From Octopus vulgaris (lineage: Eukaryota), in NCBI GenBank assembly GCA_951406725.2, contig OX597821.1:100936001-101000000 (forward strand): a stretch of DNA of 64,000 nt, written 5' to 3'. A program made the position numbers and the translations under genes. Under the pieces are notes generated by a model, which worked only from the letters and a program-made list of their open reading frames with translations, did no database searches and had not been told where the DNA came from. Below, one piece after another: positions 55,070-64,000 of this stretch; the first letter of the stretch is position 1, and each line of letters starts with the position of its first letter.

Positions 55070-58000
55070 ACCGTCCGATGTACGTCCGAAGCTATGTGTA
55101 GCGGCTTCCCTGAACAGGAACTCAGCTCTACAAGAAAGCTTCAGTCTTCGGGAAGATGGACAAATCTGGAGATTTGTTAAGACTGCTGAAACGTGGAAGA
55201 GAGATACCAGCTGGTCTGAGTGCTCTCTACCCACAATAACTAACACTGAAAAAAAATCTAAAAAGACTACAGCAACTCAGGGAAACTAAGCCAGAACAAC
55301 CTGCCATCCTCTACACACCATCATAAACTGCGAGCAGGGTACAAATTGTTGTCCTTAAATGCTCGCAGTTTATGCAACAAAATACATTTGTTCAACGCCT
55401 ACGTCGGAAGTATTGACCCTGACTTCATCACTGTCACGGAAACATGGGCGCATTCCTTACTCTGTGATGGGGTTTTCAACATTACGGGGTACAACCTCTT
55501 CCGTAAGGACCGCATTAACCGCCGTGGTGGTGGTGTGATGGTCTACGTTCGTTCAAATTTTTCGGTAATTCCTTGTGCCAATTTGAACGAATCACAGGAA
55601 GAAGTTTTTTTCTGTGACGTACGTATGACCATGTCAACACTCCTGCTTGGCGTTGTTTATCGTCCCCCAAATTACCATCAGGACACACAGCTTTGCAATA
55701 TCCTCCGAGCTGCTGCCAGGAAAACAGCCACTTATGTTTTTATTGCAGGCGATTTCAATCATCCTGAGATCAATTGGGAAACCTTCCATTGGCCACAGAG
55801 TGCAAACGATTTTGTTGAGCTTGTACTGGACTCAAACTGGTCACAAGTAGTCACCTCTCCAACAAGAGGCGACAACACCTTGGACCTGCTCTTCACCACA
55901 ACTCCTGAAGCGGTTATCAATTGCACTACGGAGGAACCTCTAGGTGACTCTGATCATGCTATGATCATCGCCAATCTGGCTCTTGCGGGCAACAAAAACC
56001 TGAACCATCTCCAATCTGCTTCCTTCGATTGGAAGAGAGCAGATTGGAACCTGTACCACACTGAACTACAGCACTCAAACTGGCGTGAATTCTACAACTC
56101 TGGAGATGTGAATACTATACTCCAGAGTATCCTGGACTCAATATGGGCAGCATGTGCAGCATCAGTGCCACGTAAACAGAAAAAGAAGAACCGCCCCAAA
56201 AGGGCAATTTGGGAAACTTCAGCAGTCCGACTTGCCAGGAAGGAACGTCGGACTGCTGAACGGGAATACAAGTTGCATAAATCAGACACCAACAGGAAGA
56301 AGCGGAATAAATCTTCCAACCATCTCAAGCAAGTGACAAAAAAAGCAGTGCTTGAATTTGAACAGTGCATAGCAGCCAATCCTGACTGCAAGGTTTTCTG
56401 GAAATATGTGCATTCAAAGCAGAGACCTCACTCTCCAGTGGGCCCTCTTTGCAACCCTCACACAAACCAGATCACTGACGACCCCAAGGAATGCGCAGAA
56501 CTCATTGTACCATCTTCACCGTCACTAACAGCAAATTCCATAACAACTATGGAATTTACACCTGCAATGCTGCGACGTCACCTTCAAAATAAGCGCAACT
56601 ATGCCTCCCCTGGTCTCGATGGAGTTACATACCTGCTTCTCAAACGTGGCAGGCACTTCCTTTTACACCAGCTTTCTATTTTCTTCCAGTACTGTCTCAA
56701 CAATGGTGCTACTCCAGAGCAGTGGAAAACTACCAGTGTCATTCCTCTGTTCAAAAAGGCGACCGCACATCACCTGTCAACTATCGCCCAGTCAGTCTCA
56801 CTAGCTGTATTGCAAAACTGATGGAATCGTGTGTCAGAGAAACACTCTGGAACTTCTGGAGCTCTCACAGTCTCATCTGACCCTCACAATATGGATTTGT
56901 CCCTAACTCCAGCTGCAGTGATCAGCTTGTCGAGTTCCTTGAGGACATTACTCAGATCACTGACAGTGGCTCATGGGTGGATGTTGTCTACCTTGACTTT
57001 GCTAAGGCTTTCAACTCTGTGCCACACAAAAGGCTTATGGTGAAACTCTCTGCAATGGGTGTGAGGGATGACCTTTTTAACTGGTTGAAATCCTTCATCC
57101 TCGGCCGAAAGGAGGTAGTCACAGTTCTAGGACAGCACTCTACACCATATGAGATGTCATCGGGTGTACCACAGGGATCTGTCCTTTGTCCCCTCTTGTT
57201 TGTGGCATACATTAATGACGTAGATGCAAATTTAAAGAATGCCACAGTATTGAAATATGCAGACGACATCAAGCTGTACCTTGAAATCAAGAGGACAGAT
57301 CCTGATGTCTACAACTCTTTCCTGCAATCAGACCTAGACACAATGCAGCAATGGATCACAGACTGGCAACTGAAACTGGCTGTGGACAAGTGTACCACCA
57401 TGCATTTTGGGAGAAAAAACCCTGCGTCCACATACTCCCTCCACAACACTGATATCAAGAAATCCTCTTGCGAGCGTGACCTAGGCATCACTGTCAGCAG
57501 TGATTTGCATTGGACAAAGCATATCTCTAAAATTGTCAAGAAGGCCGAGGGTGTCTTGGCATCACTCAGCAAGACTTTTGTTAGCCGCTCTCCAGCCATC
57601 TATTTAAAACTGTATACAGCTATGGTACGACCACACTTGGAATTCGCATCATCAGTTTGGAACCCCTATCTTGCTCAGAACATTGACCTCCTGGAATCTG
57701 TCCAGAGACGTGCAACCAAACGCATACTCTCCATCAGACACCTACCATATTCTGAGCGCCTTGCTTCCCTGGGCATGGATTCACTGAAGCTCCGGCGTCT
57801 GGCGACTGACTTGGTAAACACCCACAAAGTTATCAACCACCTCACCAACAACACTGAACACCTTTTTGATCTCCATGTGTCTAACACACGTGGACATGCC
57901 TGCAAAGTCAGAAAACAACACAGCTCCCATGACTTTCGGAAACATTTTTTCACGCTCAGAGTTGCTGAAGCATGGAATAAACTGCCTGCGTCAGTTGTTG

Positions 58001-58140
58001 ACTGCCATGACACTGCATCCTTTAAGGCCCTCATGCTTTCCGAAATCCGCCGAAACTACACCTGATTATATATACACTTTAGATGAGTTGTAGTGCACCT
58101 GAGCACTGTGCACAATTATTATTATTATTATTATTATTAT
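55070..58140 (+). mobile_element. CR1/L2-group LINE, 5'-truncated, intronic and antisense to SPTLC1
   Basis: APE endonuclease and RT ORFs, short 3' UTR and (TTA)n tail; splits a SINE (54955-55053 / 58140-58210). Confidence 0.92.
55346..58065 (+). pseudogene. LINE ORF2 (APE endonuclease + reverse transcriptase), disrupted
   Basis: LNARSL, VTETW, GVVYRPP, GDFNHP, LDLLF, SDHAMI (APE); YLDFAKAF, GVPQGSVL, YADD (RT); frameshift near 56760, a stop near 56878 and an apparent deletion near 56500. Confidence 0.92.
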
Positions 58141-58704
58141 AGAGCCCTGGCCGACCAAAGCCTTATGAGTGATTTTGGTAGGCATAAACTGAAAGGAGCC
58201 CATTGTATACCCAATACACACTGTAAAGTGGTTGGCATTTGGAAGGGCATCCAATCATAGAAACCATGCCTAAATACACAGAAAGTATGATGCCATCCTG
58301 GAACCCATCAAATCCTATCAAACCATCCAACCAATGCCAGCATGAAACAAGGATGTTAAATGATGATGCAGATAGGTATGTGCCAGTGTACATGTCTCTT
58401 TGACATTGCATTATATGACAGTTGTAAATAAGCATCACTGTCATAGAAGCAGAGTCCTTCATTTCCAACCTTCCATGAAAATATGTCCACATGGGGAGAA
58501 ATATCACCTTACTTGGAAACAAGTGAGGCTTGGTGATAGGAAAGGCATCCAGCCATAGAAAACCTGCCTCAACAAATGCCATCCAAGGCATGCCAGCAAG
58601 AGAAAGTGGACATTAAAACAACAATGATGATGGTGATATTGCAGGAGAGGAAAAGAAATTTGGTAGTATAGAAATTAAGAGAAAAAAAAAAACTATCAAC
58701 TTAC

Positions 58705-58902
58705 TGATACATCATAATATTCAGATAAACCTCGACCAGTCCTGCCAAGAACTCCAATACTTAAACTCTCTTCAAGGAATACTCGAACTTTGTATTTATA
58801 CTTGAGCTCAATGATTTTAGGGAGCGGACAAATATCACCATGGTTTACATAGATAGCTTCAACTACCACAAACTTACGGGTAATTCTGGCCTTTTTAGGA
58901 TT
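58705..58902 (-). CDS. SPTLC1: SPTLC1 exon (198 nt)
   Basis: [66 protein letters not shown]; LCB1-type 'LEES' instead of the DEAH of LCB2/AOS enzymes; acceptor ctttgtag, donor gtaagt, phase 0/0. Confidence 0.96.
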
Positions 58903-59520
58903 CTACAAAGGAGAAAGGAGAAATACTTAAGAAAACTAATTTAGAAATTTTATTGATAATCAAAATACAGTATTTAATTGCACCCATAATTTAGTGTTAA
59001 ATCTTGGTACAATTTTTTTTCCCTTCATACTTGTAGCTTTGCCTCAGGTTTAACTTGTACCCCAAATTTTTCAGTTAAAAATCAAGAATAAAATAGTATG
59101 ACTTCTACATAATACAGTAAAATTTTCAATCAATAAAATAGTATTTCTAAAAATTAGCAACATTTTCACTTTCTTTATAGGCCTCACTTTTATCTTAATT
59201 CACACCAACATCAAAGTATTTCAGGGGTTAGTTATAAAAGATGCATATATAACTGATGAGTTATAAGGATTAATACATCGTTAGCAATTTAACAAATTTA
59301 AGGTTTTATTTGCCAAATGAACTTTGCAAAATAGGATTTTATTTTTTGCTTGTTCATTTTGAAATAAAGAAAAATTTATGACACATTAAGCATCTAACTT
59401 TTGCATTACTAGATTCGTCAACATAAATGATAAAACGATTCCATTCAGAATGAGGTCCAGGCATGGCTGCATGGTTAAGAATGCTGCTTTCCAATCACAT
59501 GGTTTCAGTTTTGGTCCTAT

Positions 59521-61992
59521 GGCAAGTGTCTTTTAGGATAGCCCCAAGTTTCTTTTAGGCTAGCTTGGGCAAGTGGCTTTTAGGATAGCCCCAAGTTTCT
59601 TTTAGGCTAGCTTGGGCAAGTGTCTTTTAGGATAGCCCCAAGTTTCTTTTAGGCTAGCTTGGGCAAGTGGCTTTTAGGATAGCCCCAAGTTTCTTTTAGG
59701 CTAGCTTGGGCAAGTGGCTTTTAGGATAGCCCCAAGTTTCTTTTAGGCTAGCTTGGGCAAGTGGCTTTTAGGATAGCCCCAAGTTTCTTTTAGGCTAGCT
59801 TGGGCAAGTGGCTTTTAGGATAGCCCCAAGTTTCTTTTAGGCTAGCTTGGGCAAGTGGCTTTTAGGATAGCCCCAAGTTTCTTTTAGGCTAGCTTGGGCA
59901 AGTGTCTTTTAGGATAGCCCCAAGTTTCTTTTAGGCTAGCTTGGGCAAGTGGCTTTTAGGATAGCCCCAAGTTTCTTTTAGGCTAGCTTGGGCAAGTGGC
60001 TTTTAGGATAGCCCCAAGTTTCTTTTAGGCTAGCTTGGGCAAGTGGTTTTTAGGATAGCCCCAAGTTTCTTTTAGGCTAGCTTGGGCAAGTGGCTTTTAG
60101 GATAGCCCCAAGTTTCTTTTAGGCTAGCTTGGGCAAGTGGCTTTTAGGATAGCCCCAAGTTTCTTTTAGGCTAGCTTGGGCAAGTGGCTTTTAGGATAGC
60201 CCCAAGTTTCTTTTAGGCTAGCTTGGGCAAGTGGCTTTTAGGATAGCCCCAAGTTTCTTTTAGGCTAGCTTGGGCAAGTGGCTTTTAGGATAGCCCCAAG
60301 TTTCTTTTAGGCTAGCTTGGGCAAGTGTCTTTTAGGATAGCCCCAAGTTTCTTTTAGGCTAGCTTGGGCAAGTGGCTTTTAGGATAGCCCCAAGTTTCTT
60401 TTAGGCTAGCTTGGGCAAGTGGCTTTTAGGATAGCCCCAAGTTTCTTTTAGGCTAGCTTGGGCAAGTGGCTTTTAGGATAGCCCCAAGTTTCTTTTAGGC
60501 TAGCTTGGGCAAGTGGCTTTTAGGATAGCCCCAAGTTTCTTTTAGGCTAGCTTGGGCAAGTGGCTTTTAGGATAGCCCCAAGTTTCTTTTAGGCTAGCTT
60601 GGGCAAGTGGCTTTTAGGATAGCCCCAAGTTTCTTTTAGGCTAGCTTGGGCAAGTGTCTTTTAGGATAGCCCCAAGTTTCTTTTAGGCTAGCTTGGGCAA
60701 GTGGCTTTTAGGATAGCCCCAAGTTTCTTTTAGGCTAGCTTGGGCAAGTGGCTTTTAGGATAGCCCCAAGTTTCTTTTAGGCTAGCTTGGGCAAGTGTCT
60801 TTTAGGATAGCCCCAAGTTTCTTTTAGGCTAGCTTGGGCAAGTGGCTTTTAGGATAGCCCCAAGTTTCTTTTAGGCTAGCTTGGGCAAGTGGCTTTTAGG
60901 ATAGCCCCAAGTTTCTTTTAGGCTAGCTTGGGCAAGTGGCTTTTAGGATAGCCCCAAGTTTCTTTTAGGCTAGCTTGGGCAAGTGTCTTTTAGGATAGCC
61001 CCAAGTTTCTTTTAGGCTAGCTTGGGCAAGTGGCTTTTAGGATAGCCCCAAGTTTCTTTTAGGCTAGCTTGGGCAAGTGGCTTTTAGGATAGCCCCAAGT
61101 TTCTTTTAGGCTAGCTTGGGCAAGTGGCTTTTAGGATAGCCCCAAGTTTCTTTTAGGCTAGCTTGGGCAAGTGGCTTTTAGGATAGCCCCAAGTTTCTTT
61201 TAGGCTAGCTTGGGCAAGTGGCTTTTAGGATAGCCCCAAGTTTCTTTTAGGCTAGCTTGGGCAAGTGTCTTTTAGGATAGCCCCAAGTTTCTTTTAGGCT
61301 AGCTTGGGCAAGTGTCTTTTAGGATAGCCCCAAGTTTCTTTTAGGCTAGCTTGGGCAAGTGGCTTTTAGGATAGCCCCAAGTTTCTTTTAGGCTAGCTTG
61401 GGCAAGTGGCTTTTAGGATAGCCCCAAGTTTCTTTTAGGCTAGCTTGGGCAAGTGGCTTTTAGGATAGCCCCAAGTTTCTTTTAGGCTAGCTTGGGCAAG
61501 TGTCTTTTAGGATAGCCCCAAGTTTCTTTTAGGCTAGCTTGGGCAAGTGGCTTTTAGGATAGCCCCAAGTTTCTTTTAGGCTAGCTTGGGCAAGTGTCTT
61601 TTAGGATAGCCCCAAGTTTCTTTTAGGCTAGCTTGGGCAAGTGTCTTTTAGGATAGCCCCAAGTTTCTTTTAGGCTAGCTTGGGCAAGTGGCTTTTAGGA
61701 TAGCCCCAAGTTTCTTTTAGGCTAGCTTGGGCAAGTGGCTTTTAGGATAGCCCCAAGTTTCTTTTAGGCTAGCTTGGGCAAGTGTCTTTTAGGATAGCCC
61801 CAAGTTTCTTTTAGGCTAGCTTGGGCAAGTGGCTTTTAGGATAGCCCCAAGTTTCTTTTAGGCTAGCTTGGGCAAGTGGCTTTTAGGATAGCCCCAAGTT
61901 TCTTTTAGGCTAGCTTGGGCAAGTGGCTTTTAGGATAGCCCCAAGTTTCTTTTAGGCTAGCTTGGGCAAGTGGCTTTTAGGATAGCCCCAAA
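59521..61992. repeat. 47-bp tandem repeat, 52 full units + partial, inside a SINE in an SPTLC1 intron
   Basis: Unit GGCAAGTG(G/T)CTTTTAGGATAGCCCCAAGTTTCTTTTAGGCTAGCTTG; unit starts at 59521 and 61965 differ by exactly 52x47. Confidence 0.97.
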
Positions 61993-62602
61993 CCAACATA
62001 AGCCGTGTGAGTGGATTTGGCAGACAAAAACTGAAAGAAGCCTGTTGTATATATGTGTTGTTTTTCAGGTTTATAGATTTTCAATAGAGATAACTTTAAA
62101 AAGTGATTTAATAACCCTGTTAACATAGGTGAGGCACAGTAAGGACTTATAAGCCTTTGATATACTAGGTAGTATATTAGTTTTGCTTAACGAAATACAG
62201 TGTCAGTACCAGTAATTAATGAGTGCTTGCATTTATAAATATGCATGTGAATATGTGCATGTTTGTGTCTCTTTGTTTTGACATTGCGTGATAGTTGTAA
62301 ATGAGCGTCACTGTTATACAAGCAGTGTCATTCATTTCCAATATTCTGTGTAAACATGTCTGGCCATGGGGAAATATCACCTTGCTTAGAAAACAAGTGA
62401 GAGTTAACAACAAGAGTGGCATCCAACCATAGAAGACCTGCCTTTAAATTCTCTTCAACCCATGCAGGTATGAAGAAGTGCACGTTAAAACCATGATAAT
62501 ATGATGAAAGAAAATAAGAAATTGCTGATAAATGTTTAATTTCTGAGAGACAATTCCATGGCAACAAAATCAATGATAATTTTGATAAGTTATAATACGT
62601 AC

Positions 62603-62732
62603 CTTTTGCTCTTCTTTTTCTTGTTCGATCAATAATTCTGTTAAATGGTCCATATCATTATGTCTGAAATATTTTATTACACTACGGGAAGCTAGCAAAC
62701 CTTTTTGGATTGAGAAACAAACTCCTGCATCA
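62603..62732 (-). CDS. SPTLC1: Serine palmitoyltransferase 1, internal exon (130 nt); most 5' exon in the window
   Basis: Translates [43 protein letters not shown], resembling the SPTLC1 segment 'CFAIQKGLQASRS..FKHNDM'; acceptor ttttctag, donor gtacgt. Confidence 0.95.
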
Positions 62733-63509
62733 CTAGAAAAACAAACAAACAAAAAGAAAAGTAAAGAAAACCTTGTGTTAAAAGAAATTTCATTAATAAT
62801 TTGATGCACCAAAGTTTAAACAAACACAACAGGATACAAACATCTAATTAACAGGTAAGGTGGATCTGATACAAATTCCTAATATATTTAAAGTGGTTGT
62901 CGAGATTACATTCAATTTTTTTCTTTTTTTCAATTTCTTCACCCTTAACCAAATATATTTGATGCCTAGCTGCCCATATCTATGAGAGGGGGAATGTTGT
63001 TGTGACTGTGCTTGACAACCGGTGTGAGTTTGTTTACATCTGCATAACTTACTAGTTTGGCATAAAAGACAGATAAAATAGGTACCAAATATAAAAATTA
63101 AGAACTGGGGTCAATCTGTTTGACTAAAACCCTTCCAGGCAGTGCCCCAGCTTGGCTGCAGTCCAATGACTGAAACAAGTAAATGATTAAAAGAAATTAA
63201 TTATAAGTAAGATAAATATATTTCTAATATTTAAAAATCAGCAAAAATTCTTCAGAATTGGATAGGTAACCATCATGAGTCACTGGATATAGCATTTGCC
63301 AGATAAAATTATGAATAGATTGTTTTCAATAACACCACATATATGATTTTCACAATATTTATAGTAATTAAATTTTCAGTTAGTATTTTTTAACCCATTA
63401 ACTCTTTTAATAACAGCCCATCTGAGACCCCACCTGGTTCTATGAAATAAACTTTTGTTTTAGAGTGATTTAAATTAAAACTTTCTATCAAAATTTCATG
63501 TTAATTTAA

Positions 63510-63960
63510 AAATAATAATAATGATGAAATTATTGTATACAGTGCTCAGGTGCACTACAACTTGTCAAAAGTGCGTATAAAGCATATGCAGTAATGTACA
63601 AATGTCTGGAAAGTGAACAGTGTATGAGTTAGATATATGCTTGCGTATGTATGGAGGGGAGAAAATCAGGTGTATTGTTGGCGAATCTCAGGAAGCATGG
63701 AAGTTTTGAAGGATGCAGGGCTCCAACAACTAACAACAGATGCCAGCAGTTTGTTCCATACTTCAGCAACTCTTAGTGTGAATAAATGTTTCCAAAAGTC
63801 ATGGGAGTTGTGCAGTTTTCTGACTTTGTAAACATGTCCACGGGTGTTAGACAGGTGGAGTTTGAAAAGGTGCTCAGAGTTATTGTTAGTAAGATGGTTA
63901 ATAATTTTATGGGTGTCTGCCAAGTCAGTTGCCAGAAGTCGGAGTTTCAAAGTTTCCATC
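63510..63960 (-). mobile_element. 3' fragment of the same CR1/L2-group LINE family
   Basis: LKLRLLATDL.DTHKIINHLT...TRGH.YKVRK...LFTLRVAEVWNKL; shared 3' terminus GTTGTAGTGCACCTGAGCACTG and (TTA)-like tail. Confidence 0.88.
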
Positions 63961-64000
63961 AAAATTTCATGTCAAAATATGTTCCAAAGACCAGCTTAAT

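Noticed and set aside
59521-61992. CRISPR-like array (hairpin-forming repeat)
   Set aside because: Units are contiguous with no unique spacers, there are no cas genes, the context is a eukaryotic intron, and the unit derives from the flanking SINE
43641-62732. Assignment as SPTLC2/3, ALAS or GCAT
   Set aside because: Lacks the PLP lysine and DEAH motif; LEES and LENS are SPTLC1 features

Overview
This is repeat-rich eukaryotic genomic DNA. The SINE families and microsatellite load suggest a cephalopod, most likely Octopus (inference from recalled repeat families, not a search). The only host gene found is the 3' part of serine palmitoyltransferase subunit 1 (SPTLC1/LCB1) on the minus strand. 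Eight coding exons lie between 62732 and the stop at 43641, all with GT-AG boundaries and compatible phases. Upstream exons lie beyond the window, and a probable 3'-UTR intron starts 1 nt after the stop. The rest is transposon-derived: a Tc1 with intact TIRs, a mariner-type remnant, MITEs and foldbacks, Helitron pieces, two Penelope GIY-YIG fragments, a CR1/L2-group LINE, Tx1/L1-like LINEs, a Gypsy-like LTR/PBS/gag start, many SINEs and microsatellites. Highlights: (1) about 14 hammerhead-ribozyme-like motifs in several Penelope/retrozyme-like families, including an inverted pair and a family with a compensated U3-A8 core; (2) an in-phase array of 52 x 47 bp grown out of a SINE inside an SPTLC1 intron; (3) inverted LINE 3' ends bracketing two SPTLC1 exons; (4) a visible shift to CpG depletion near 38 kb. 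No CRISPR array, rRNA or true tRNA gene was seen. Coordinates were read by eye; repeat boundaries are approximate.
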